Shown one piece after another: positions 19,065-29,264 of a stretch of 64,000 bases of DNA. The position numbers were made by a program, and so were the translations under genes. Position 1 is the first letter of the stretch. Every line of letters starts with the position of its first letter. Under the pieces are notes generated by a model that saw only the letters and a program-made list of their open reading frames with translations, ran no database searches and was not told the origin of the DNA. The stretch comes from Candidatus Parcubacteria bacterium (GTDB lineage Bacteria; Patescibacteriota; Minisyncoccia; UBA6257; HR35): NCBI GenBank assembly GCA_025999335.1, contig AP024681.1, positions 163,656-227,655 of the forward strand, written 5' to 3'.

Positions 19065-19073
19065 ATTATAACA
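19065..19073 (-). promoter_or_regulatory. Extended -10 promoter TGTTATAAT
   Basis: Plus-strand attataaca; predicted TSS about 19058, at the start of the structured leader. Confidence 0.65.
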
Positions 19074-19096
19074 TAAACACAAAGGAAACAAAAATA

Positions 19097-19852
19097 TTAT
19101 TCAACCATTACTGTTCTTAACCAATTAATAATTTTGCCTGCTAATTCTTGATTATTTTCCAGTAACTGCGTTCCGTGACCACCGCTACTATATTCCCAAT
19201 ATTCTACATTAGAATACCAACTTTTCAATAATCTACTACCTTCAATGGCTTGTTGATCATCTAAAGCGCTAATAACTAAAATTTTTTTATTTAAATTATC
19301 TTTTTTAAATCTCTCTAAAGCAATGCCCCGGTAATTAATACCAGGCGAAAATAAAATAGCTGCCTTTAAAGATGGATTTTCGCTTAAAAATTGGAAACCA
19401 AGATTAGCGCCAATACTTGCACCAATATAAAATTGTTTATCTTTAAAGAAACCTTCTTTTTCTAAAAAAACACTTGCTGCTTCTATGTCATTAATCGACA
19501 GTTTTTCTTCTTCTTCGTTAAAATCTTCATAACTCACAGAACCCTTAGGCGATAATTTGCTTTCACCATGTCCACGCAAATCAATCGCTAAAACACTAAA
19601 ACCTTCTTGCTTTAAAGCCAAAGCAAAACGATGCCAACTCTCTTTGGTTGCTGGCCTCATATGCACTAAAATCCCGGCAAATTTAGAGTTAGGTTGATAA
19701 TAGTAATTACCAATTATAGAAAAACCATCTTTAGTGACAATTGTTACTTTTTTAAAATCATCCGTATTGTTTGCGAGAAAAAAATATTTTAACAAAAAAC
19801 TTATAATAATAACAACAACTATTAAAAGAAATAAGATAATTCTATATACCAT
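19097..19852 (-). CDS. Membrane-anchored alpha/beta hydrolase
   Basis: DLRGHGES, GASIG nucleophile elbow, GGHG. Confidence 0.85.
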   Translation of the reverse strand: MVYRIILFLLIVVVIIISFLLKYFFLANNTDDFKKVTIVTKDGFSIIGNYYYQPNSKFAGILVHMRPATKESWHRFALALKQEGFSVLAIDLRGHGESKLSPKGSVSYEDFNEEEEKLSINDIEAASVFLEKEGFFKDKQFYIGASIGANLGFQFLSENPSLKAAILFSPGINYRGIALERFKKDNLNKKILVISALDDQQAIEGSRLLKSWYSNVEYWEYSSGGHGTQLLENNQELAGKIINWLRTVMVE

Positions 19853-19962
19853 CTTCCGAAAATAAGTAATTAATAAAATTCAATAATTTTAGTCTCTGAA
19901 TTTATTATAAAATATATATTTAAAATAAACAAAATTTATAAGATTCTTATTATTTTAAAATC

Positions 19963-20997
19963 TTAAAGAATTTGAATTTTGAAAGAGAGAACTATATACT
20001 TATAAATAAAATATAAAAGAAATAAATATCCAATTACGCCAATTGAAATAAATAATGCTTTTTGTTGAAAAGTAGGCGTAAATTCTAAATCATTCTTAAG
20101 AACTTTTAAATAACCATAAATTAAAAAAATATAAGTTACTACAAAAGGCGTTAATAATGAAACAAAAATAACATTGATTATTAAGCTAATTAATTTACTA
20201 TTTAAAAATAACATAAAAATTAAATTAATTAAGTTATAAATATAACTAATTAAAGATAATAAAATACTTAAAAATAAACCATACCAAAAAACCTTAAAAA
20301 AATAACCCCTAACATACTCACGACTTTTAAGTAAAGCATTCATTCCTCTTAAATTTTCATCTAAAAAAACAAAATTTGCCAAACTAAACCAAATGCCAAT
20401 AATCATTCCTGGAATAACAAAGAAAAAGCTAGAGCCTATAATAATAAAAATAGCTAATAAATTAAGCCAAAGAAAAGAAAGCAATTTATACCAACCTTGA
20501 CGATATGATTCTATAACGCTAATATTCTTTTGATTATTGACTATTGCATACATCAAAGATACATTTATCAACCCAAATATCACTATAAGAACAATGAAAA
20601 AAACTACCAACAAAATAATTAAAAAAATTATATTCTGTTGTATCAATTGATTAAACAATGAATCAATATCTAAAAATCTAAGATCAGCAAAAATAAAAAA
20701 AGGTACAATAATAAATACCACTGGTAAAAGTGTTATGCCTGCAAAGGTAGTAAATCTTTGTTTATAAATGGATAATGCCTGCTTTATTATCGCCAAAGAT
20801 GACGGTAATTTTGTAAGAGTTGGCGTTAAGCTTATTGTTGATAATGATTGACCAGGATTATTTTGAATAAACATAAAAGCTTCATCAACATCTTGAACTT
20901 GCCAACCAATAGCAAGAAGGGAATTTTTAATTTGTTCTTTGGTTACGCCTTGTTGTAATTGTTGTTTAATGTAATCAATTAACTGTTGATTAATCAT
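19963..20997 (-). CDS. Hypothetical multi-pass membrane protein with N-terminal helical domain
   Basis: MINQQLIDYIKQQLQQG...GW N-terminus; ALLKSREYVRG motif; several TMs. Confidence 0.65.
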   Translation of the reverse strand: MINQQLIDYIKQQLQQGVTKEQIKNSLLAIGWQVQDVDEAFMFIQNNPGQSLSTISLTPTLTKLPSSLAIIKQALSIYKQRFTTFAGITLLPVVFIIVPFFIFADLRFLDIDSLFNQLIQQNIIFLIILLVVFFIVLIVIFGLINVSLMYAIVNNQKNISVIESYRQGWYKLLSFLWLNLLAIFIIIGSSFFFVIPGMIIGIWFSLANFVFLDENLRGMNALLKSREYVRGYFFKVFWYGLFLSILLSLISYIYNLINLIFMLFLNSKLISLIINVIFVSLLTPFVVTYIFLIYGYLKVLKNDLEFTPTFQQKALFISIGVIGYLFLLYFIYKYIVLSFKIQIL

Positions 20998-21197
20998 AGT
21001 TTTATTAAAAAAATTAATCTTAATAATCCCAATTATATTTTAACTTCAATAAAAATTATTTCTGTAACCATTTTGGGGAATTTCTAATATATTTAATAAG
21101 CAATTTTTTATTATTAAAACTTTATTTTTTAATTTAAAAAATACTTAAGCGCCAAATTAATAAAAAACTATAAAAATATAGAGAGATTTAATGATTG

Positions 21198-21283
21198 TGC
21201 CTGGGGTGGGAGTCGAACCCACAAGGCTTAAAAAGCCAGCAGATTTTGAGTCTGCCGCGTCTGCCAAATTCCGCCACCCAGGC
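21198..21283 (-). tRNA. tRNA-Leu(CAA)
   Basis: Anticodon arm GCAGA-CTCAAAA-TCTGC; long variable arm. Confidence 0.96.
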
Positions 21284-21356
21284 GACGCAGTTCACTTTGT
21301 GAACAAGGAGCCTGAGGAGTAAGGGACAAATTTCTGCACCTTAACGCCACTCAGGC
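21284..21356 (-). repeat. tRNA-Leu upstream hairpin element, copy 1
   Basis: gacgcagttcactttgtgaacaaggagcctg is identical at 51354; ends in a copy of the first 12 nt of the tRNA (1 mismatch). Confidence 0.85.
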
Positions 21357-21413
21357 AATGCTGTTTATAATTATAATCATATTCATCAAATAAACAATTT
21401 CTCAAATGTAATT

Positions 21414-21785
21414 TTAACTTGTCTTTGACTTATAAGATTTAACTTTATTAACCAAATCTTCCAAGGAAATTTTTGCTTTAACCAAATATTCAGAGGCACC
21501 TAAATTTTTTGCTTTCTCAATATCTTCGGCTTGACTTAAATTAGAAATAACTAAAACTGGAACGTTTTTAAATTGAGGATCTTGCTTAATTTTTTCCAAT
21601 ATAAAAAAACCACTTTTTTGTGGCAAAATTATGTCCAACAAAATTAACTCCGGTCTTTCAATCAGTATCTTTTCTAAAGCTTCATTGCCATTAATAACAC
21701 TAACTACCTGAAAACCATTTTCTGATAATTTTCTTTCAAGAACTGATCTTAAAAATTTATCGTCTTCAACTAGAACTATTTTCAT
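21414..21785 (-). CDS. Single-domain response regulator (receiver only)
   Basis: VEDD, LLDIILP phosphoacceptor, SN, VK. Confidence 0.92.
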   Translation of the reverse strand: MKIVLVEDDKFLRSVLERKLSENGFQVVSVINGNEALEKILIERPELILLDIILPQKSGFFILEKIKQDPQFKNVPVLVISNLSQAEDIEKAKNLGASEYLVKAKISLEDLVNKVKSYKSKTS

Positions 21786-21836
21786 AAGATACTTAATTGC
21801 CTAGATTGTTATTTCATTATTAGAAAAGAAAACGAT
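21786..21836 (-). repeat. 3' arm of the 16S precursor processing stem
   Basis: Near-perfect inverted repeat (about 50 bp) of 23389-23440. Confidence 0.85.
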
Positions 21837-21866
21837 CAGCTCATTAATATAGTTTGATCATATTAA

Positions 21867-23388
<1,522 letters not shown>

Positions 23389-23440
23389 ATCGTTTCTTTT
23401 CTAAATAATGAAATAATCAATCTAGGCAATTAAATATCTT
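23389..23440 (-). repeat. 5' arm of the 16S precursor processing stem
   Basis: Inverted repeat of 21786-21836. Confidence 0.85.
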
Positions 23441-23498
23441 TTATCTTTACAAGAGTACTTTTTAGACAACACAAAAACAACACCTCTATAATTGAAAT

Positions 23499-23527
23499 AA
23501 TTTATCATAAAAATTAACAAAAGTCAA
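23499..23527 (-). promoter_or_regulatory. Probable rRNA promoter
   Basis: TTGACT-N17-TAAATT, with TG at the extended -10 position. Confidence 0.55.
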
Positions 23528-23557
23528 GCAAAATATAAATAAATTATCTTTTATTAA

Positions 23558-23938
23558 TTATCCACGATAAATTAATTGGGTTTTGATTGTTTGGGGAAGC
23601 CAAAACTTTTTTATTAAATTAATTACGTTTTTCTCATTAAAGTCCTTGCAAGAATAAACATCAATTGATAAATAATTTTTAAATGGCCAAGTATGACAAG
23701 AAATATGACTTGTGTAAATCATAACAAATCCTGAAACGCCTGATTCTTTTTTAAGACGATGATTAACCTTAACAACATAAGGAATGGTTAATTTCTTCAT
23801 ATTGATCTTCGACGGTAAAAAATCTAAAAACTCAAAAACTTTATCAAAAGAAAAAAGAGATTCGGCATCGACGCCATAAGCATCGACGGTTAAATGTTTA
23901 CCAAATTGACGCGCTGAAGATTCTTGTTCTTTAGACAT
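23558..23938 (-). CDS. speD: Pyruvoyl-dependent decarboxylase proenzyme (AdoMetDC/SpeD family)
   Basis: GKHL, GVSGF..YTSHISCHTWP, DVYSCK. Confidence 0.82.
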   Translation of the reverse strand: MSKEQESSARQFGKHLTVDAYGVDAESLFSFDKVFEFLDFLPSKINMKKLTIPYVVKVNHRLKKESGVSGFVMIYTSHISCHTWPFKNYLSIDVYSCKDFNEKNVINLIKKFWLPQTIKTQLIYRG

Positions 23939-24162
23939 TTACGAATAATGCTTAAAAATAAAAAATAACGACTTAAAGAATAAAAAATATGTTTCCTCAA
24001 ATTAGAATATCACATATTTTTATACTCATTAAGCTATAACAAGTTTAATGATCGAAAATTACTATATGCTATACTTAATATTTCGACCTTAATATAGTTT
24101 GTTTAATTTTATAAACATTTTTATCTAGTAAATAAAACAATTCACCATCATTAAAGCAATTA

Positions 24163-24786
24163 TTAAGAAACCATCATAAAATATCTTTCTGCTACTTTAT
24201 GCCAATTAACAACATTCCACCATGCTTGAATATAATCAATACGTCTATTTTGATATTTTAAATAATAAGCATGCTCCCATAAATCATTAGTTAACAATGG
24301 AAAATCACCGATCGATAAAGGATTGTCATGATTAGGCAAAGAATAAACTTTTAATTTTTTTTCTTGATCAACAACTAACCAGCACCATCCTGAAGCAAAA
24401 TGAGTCTTGCTAGCATTATTAAAAATTTGCTGAAATTGTTCAAAAGATCCAAAATTTTTTTCTAAAATAGATAAAAAATCATTTTCAGGTTTATTGTTAG
24501 TTTTTGCTGGTGCCATTACTTCCCAAAAAAGCGAATGATTGTAATGACCACCGCCGTTATTTTTAACCTGAGAACGAATTTCTTCGGGTACCAAATTCAA
24601 ATTCTTTAAAATATCTTCCAATGACAAATCAAATAAATTTTTATCTTTCTCTAAAGCTGCGTTAAGATTATCAATATAAGATTGATGATGCTTTGAATGA
24701 TGAATTTCCATCGTCATTCTATCAATATAAGGTTCTAAATCTCCATAACCATAAGGTAATGTTGGCAAAGAATAAGGATATTTCAT
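24163..24786 (-). CDS. sodA: Superoxide dismutase, Mn/Fe family (likely start MKYPY at 24786)
   Basis: HHSKHH, NNGGGHYNH, DLWEHAYY. Confidence 0.95.
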   Translation of the reverse strand: MKYPYSLPTLPYGYGDLEPYIDRMTMEIHHSKHHQSYIDNLNAALEKDKNLFDLSLEDILKNLNLVPEEIRSQVKNNGGGHYNHSLFWEVMAPAKTNNKPENDFLSILEKNFGSFEQFQQIFNNASKTHFASGWCWLVVDQEKKLKVYSLPNHDNPLSIGDFPLLTNDLWEHAYYLKYQNRRIDYIQAWWNVVNWHKVAERYFMMVS

Positions 24787-24899
24787 TTTAATTTTTTTAT
24801 AATTGTTTTTGATTAATAAACGACCGGCATAACAATTAATTGTTAGCAATAATCTTTATTTAAATTTTATGATATAATTTTAAAAATAATAATAATTTT

Positions 24900-24971
24900 G
24901 CCGTGGTAGCTCAGTGGTAGAGCGGTAGCCTGAAGAGCTGCGCGTCGGGGGTTCGATTCCCTCCCACGGCA
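24900..24971 (+). tRNA. tRNA-Phe(GAA)
   Basis: Anticodon arm GTAGC-CTGAAGA-GCTGC; acceptor GCCGTGG/CCACGGC. Confidence 0.95.
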
Positions 24972-24976
24972 CAAAA

Positions 24977-27451
24977 TTATTTCTTAGTTGTATGCTTTAA
25001 ACGCTCTTGATGTTCGCTAGAATTCAGCAAACCGCATTTTTTATATTTTTTTCCTGAACCACAAAAACATAAATCATTTCTACCAATTTTCACTTTTGGT
25101 ATTTCAATTTTTATATTAACAAATGCTTTCAAAAGGTAATTTGTTAAAACATCATGAAATTCTAAAAAAGCTCTATAAGCTTCATCTTTAAAAGCAACCA
25201 AAGGATCTCTTTGTCCGTAACCTCGAAAACCAACCGACTGTTTTAAATCTTCTAAATAATGTAAATGTTCTATCCATAAAAAATCATAAACTTTGAGAAC
25301 GATACTTTTTAAAAATTGCTCAAAGTCATCTTTTAAGTATTCTTCTAACTCATTAAATTTTTGCTTAAATATATCTTCAATATTCTCAGTTGTATTAAAA
25401 ATGAATTTTTTTAAATCATCGTTGGCTTTATTAAGAAAATTATCAAGAGCCTCGAAAAAATATTTTTTAATATTAACGCTGTTTAAAAGAATAGCCATTC
25501 GTTCAGAATAAATTTTTTCTCGTTGCGCATTAATCACATTATCATACTCAAAAAGATGTCGTCGAATATCAAAATTATAACCCTCTACTTTAGCTTGTGC
25601 TTCTTCTATTAGTTTAGTGATGATGTTATTTTCTATGGCTTCGTCGGCTCTAAAATTAAATTTAGAAATAACATTTTTTATTTTTTCGCCACCAAAAACT
25701 TTTATCAATTCATCTTCTAAGGAAATATAAAATTGAGTTTCGCCTGGGTCTCCTTGTCTTCCTGCTCTTCCACGTAATTGATTGTCTATCCTTCGTGCCT
25801 CATGTCGTTCCGTGCCTATAACGAATAAACCGCCTAAAGACTTTACTTTTTCAGCTTCTTCTTGGTCAGGTGGGTTGCCTCCTAAAATAATATCAACGCC
25901 TCTACCCGCCATATTAGTTGCAACCGTTACCTGCCCCAATTTACCAGCTTGAGCAATAATTCTTCCTTCTTCTTCGTGGTTTTTTGCATTTAAAGTATTA
26001 TGAGGGATGCCTTCTTCTTTTAATCTTTGCGAAAGATATTCATTAGTAGCAATTGCTGTTGTCCCCACCAAAACAGGTCTTTGCATTTTATGTAATTCTT
26101 TAATTTTGTTAATTACTGCATCCCATTTAGCTTTTTGAGTTAAAAAAATCTTATCAGGATGATCGCGTCTTATGCAAGTTTTGTTTGGCGGTATCTGAAC
26201 AGTTTCTAAATTATAAACTTTTAAGAATTCTTCTGCAGAGGTTATTGCCGTTCCAGTCATTCCAGCTAATTTTTTATATTTTTTAAAAAAATTTTGAATA
26301 GTTATGGTAGCAATAGTTTTCATTTCTGGCTGTATAGGCACGCCTTCTTTAGCCTCAATTGCCTGATGTAAACCTCCAGACCAACGACGTCCAAACATTA
26401 ACCTTCCTGTAAATTCATCAACAATAATTACCTCGTTATTTTTAACAACATAATCTTTATCTTTTAAATAGATATAATTAGCTAATAAAGCCTGCTCTAA
26501 ATGATGAGTTGCTCTGATATCTGTAACTTCGTAAGGATTATAGCCTAAAATTTTTTCAATAATTTCTAAACCGGCATCGTTTAAAATAGCTTTTTTTCTT
26601 TTATAATCAATAGAAAAATGAATATCTGGTTTCAAATTTTTAACTAATCGATCGTAAAAGAAATATATTTCTTGTTCTTCTTGCTCATAACCTCCAATAA
26701 TTAACGGCGTTCGCGCCTCATCAATTAAAATACTATCAACTTCATCAACAATAGCATAAGCTAAATTTTTAACTTGCACTAAATCATCAGCTTTAAGAGC
26801 AAGATTGTCGCGTAGATAATCAAAACCAAATTCATGATTAGTTCCATAAACAATATCAGCTTCGTAAGCTTCTTTTCTCGATACCGGTCGTAAATATTCG
26901 TAAAAAATCTGAAACGAACCTTTTATATCTCGTGAAACATCAATTGAATCTTTAACAAAATTAGGATCATAAACAAAACTACTGTCATGAGCCAAACAAG
27001 ATGTTGTTAACCCTAAAAGATAATAAATCTGCCCCATCCAAGCAGCGTCACGCTTTGCAAGATAATCATTAACAGTGACAATATGAACGCTTTCTCCTGA
27101 TAAAGCATTTAAAGTAGCCGCTAAAGTAGCTGTCAAAGTTTTACCTTCGCCGGTCATCATTTCAGCAATAAAACCTTTGTGCAAAGCAATACCACCTAAC
27201 AACTGAACATCAAAATGCCTTTGTTTAAGCGTTCTTTTAGCAGCTTCGCGCACTAAAGCAAAACAATCAGGCAAAATATCATCTAAAGACTTACCTTGAT
27301 TCAAAGAGTCTTTTAAAGAAGACACTTTTTCTTTCAGTTCGCTATCGGTTAATTTTTCTAAATAAGGTTCAAGAGCATTAATTTTAGCAACAATATTTTG
27401 CCATTGAGAAAGGTAATCTTTTTGCAAAAACTGAAAAATTTTTTTGAACAT
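24977..27451 (-). CDS. secA: Preprotein translocase ATPase SecA
   Basis: MMTGEGKT, DEVDSILIDEARTPL, QLRGRAGRQGDPG, C-terminal SEC-C motif. Confidence 0.98.
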   Translation of the reverse strand: MFKKIFQFLQKDYLSQWQNIVAKINALEPYLEKLTDSELKEKVSSLKDSLNQGKSLDDILPDCFALVREAAKRTLKQRHFDVQLLGGIALHKGFIAEMMTGEGKTLTATLAATLNALSGESVHIVTVNDYLAKRDAAWMGQIYYLLGLTTSCLAHDSSFVYDPNFVKDSIDVSRDIKGSFQIFYEYLRPVSRKEAYEADIVYGTNHEFGFDYLRDNLALKADDLVQVKNLAYAIVDEVDSILIDEARTPLIIGGYEQEEQEIYFFYDRLVKNLKPDIHFSIDYKRKKAILNDAGLEIIEKILGYNPYEVTDIRATHHLEQALLANYIYLKDKDYVVKNNEVIIVDEFTGRLMFGRRWSGGLHQAIEAKEGVPIQPEMKTIATITIQNFFKKYKKLAGMTGTAITSAEEFLKVYNLETVQIPPNKTCIRRDHPDKIFLTQKAKWDAVINKIKELHKMQRPVLVGTTAIATNEYLSQRLKEEGIPHNTLNAKNHEEEGRIIAQAGKLGQVTVATNMAGRGVDIILGGNPPDQEEAEKVKSLGGLFVIGTERHEARRIDNQLRGRAGRQGDPGETQFYISLEDELIKVFGGEKIKNVISKFNFRADEAIENNIITKLIEEAQAKVEGYNFDIRRHLFEYDNVINAQREKIYSERMAILLNSVNIKKYFFEALDNFLNKANDDLKKFIFNTTENIEDIFKQKFNELEEYLKDDFEQFLKSIVLKVYDFLWIEHLHYLEDLKQSVGFRGYGQRDPLVAFKDEAYRAFLEFHDVLTNYLLKAFVNIKIEIPKVKIGRNDLCFCGSGKKYKKCGLLNSSEHQERLKHTTKK

Positions 27452-27459
27452 TAAAAAAA

Positions 27460-27780
27460 TTATTTAGAAATTTCTATGTTATGAATTTCAACTAGCCAAC
27501 TTGTTTGTTTATAACCTTTATTTTTGCGATATCTTGTTTTTGGTTTATATTTCAAAATTTTTATCTTACGCTTTTTTTCTTTAATTAAAGAACCCGTTAC
27601 CCTTGCGCCAACAACAAATGGTTTGCCGACTACTAAATCATTATCATTCGCTATCAGTAAAACTTTATCAAAAATAATGTTCTTTGTTTCAGTTATATTT
27701 TTAATTTTATCGATCTCTATTTTTGATCCTGGTTGAACTAAATATTGTTTAGAGCCCGTTTCGATAACTGCTAATTGCAT
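27460..27780 (-). CDS. rplU: 50S ribosomal protein bL21
   Basis: AVIETGSKQYLV, VGKPFV, KYKPK..GYKQ. Confidence 0.93.
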   Translation of the reverse strand: MQLAVIETGSKQYLVQPGSKIEIDKIKNITETKNIIFDKVLLIANDNDLVVGKPFVVGARVTGSLIKEKKRKIKILKYKPKTRYRKNKGYKQTSWLVEIHNIEISK

Positions 27781-27787
27781 TTTTAAA

Positions 27788-28084
27788 TTAAGTAAAATGA
27801 AAAATTAATAAATAACCAACGATTAAAATGTGAATAATAATAAACGATATATTAATTTTACCAAAAATTTTATTATCTCCAAACAAATAGCTAAGCAAAG
27901 TATTACCTAATTGAATAACAAAAAATACTACAATCACTCTCCAAAGTTCGCTAAGAGGCAAAATTAAAAAAGAACTATCTAAGTAACGAGGCACAATAAC
28001 CACTAAATCAAATTTAAAAATATAAAATAAACTCCAAAGAATAAATGGCAATACAAAAATAATGATAGAAAATATTTTTTTCAT
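27788..28084 (-). CDS. Small hypothetical membrane protein
   Basis: 3 TM segments; ATGA overlap with murG. Confidence 0.6.
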   Translation of the reverse strand: MKKIFSIIIFVLPFILWSLFYIFKFDLVVIVPRYLDSSFLILPLSELWRVIVVFFVIQLGNTLLSYLFGDNKIFGKINISFIIIHILIVGYLLIFHFT

Positions 28085-29241
28085 TGTTTTAAAATTTCAT
28101 CTATAAGCTCGGTCGCTATTTTAAAGCCAGCATCTAATTTAGCAAAAGCTTTTGCTTTCTCTCGCATTTTATCTGCTAATTCTTTATTACTTAAAATATT
28201 TACTATCTCGGTTAATAAAACATGCGGTTTAGCATTTTTTTCTTCGAACATTATGCAAGCGCCAGCTAAATAATATTTCTGAGCATTCAATAATTGATGT
28301 TTGCCAGCAACAGCTTCTTCAATAGGAATTAAAATGCTTGGCGTTCCAGTTGCTGCCAGTTCAAAAATAGAACCAGCGCCAGCTCGGCTAATTACTAAAT
28401 CAGCCATTTTTAACAATCTTAAAGTATCATCATTAGAAATAAAGCTAAACAAATGATAATCATTAATATTAATTTGTTTTTTTTCTTGAGTTATTGTCGC
28501 TAAACCAGCTAATTGCAATTTTACCTCATTAAAATTTTGGCTACCTACCTGATGAACTACTTGAGCTAAAGATAATAAAGACGGTAAAATTTCTAAAATC
28601 AAATCATTAAGAAATTTTGATCCTTGCGAACCTCCTAAAACAAAAATTATTTTCTTTTCAGGATTTAATTTAAATTTTTCATAGTCTTCTGTCAAAACAG
28701 GCCTAACAATTGTCTCCACATTGACCGGATGTCCAACTAAAACAGTTCTTTTTTTATGAAAAAGATGCTCGGCAGCTTCAGGAAAACTAATAAAAATTTT
28801 CTTTGCAAATAATGAGGAAATTTTATTTGTTAAACCAGGGATAGTGTCAGAATCATGAATAAAAATAGGCAGGCGCAAAAACCAACCCATAATAACAACA
28901 GCCAAACTCCCAGGACCTCCTTTAGAAAAAATAACATTTGGCAGAAATTTAAATAAATAATAAAAAGCAAGCAAAAAACTTAGAGGCATTTTTAAAATAT
29001 CTATCAAATTACTTAAACTAAAATATCTACGCAACTTAAACGATGGAATAAAATAAACCTCAATACCTTCTTTTAAAAAAATATTGGCATCTACAGGACG
29101 ACAACCTATATAGATAAAACGAATAGAAATATTCTTTGCTGCCATTATCTTTCTCATTTCTCTCGTCACAAAAATCAAAGGAAATAAATGACCACCAGTA
29201 GATCCACCAGTTAAACAAATAATTAATTCGTCTTTATCCAT
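28081..29241 (-). CDS. murG: MurG glycosyltransferase
   Basis: GGSTGGH, SKGG, GGSQGS, SRAGA, HQ..NA. Confidence 0.93.
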   Translation of the reverse strand: MDKDELIICLTGGSTGGHLFPLIFVTREMRKIMAAKNISIRFIYIGCRPVDANIFLKEGIEVYFIPSFKLRRYFSLSNLIDILKMPLSFLLAFYYLFKFLPNVIFSKGGPGSLAVVIMGWFLRLPIFIHDSDTIPGLTNKISSLFAKKIFISFPEAAEHLFHKKRTVLVGHPVNVETIVRPVLTEDYEKFKLNPEKKIIFVLGGSQGSKFLNDLILEILPSLLSLAQVVHQVGSQNFNEVKLQLAGLATITQEKKQININDYHLFSFISNDDTLRLLKMADLVISRAGAGSIFELAATGTPSILIPIEEAVAGKHQLLNAQKYYLAGACIMFEEKNAKPHVLLTEIVNILSNKELADKMREKAKAFAKLDAGFKIATELIDEILKQ

Positions 29242-29264
29242 GTTTAAAAATTATTATTTCGTTT

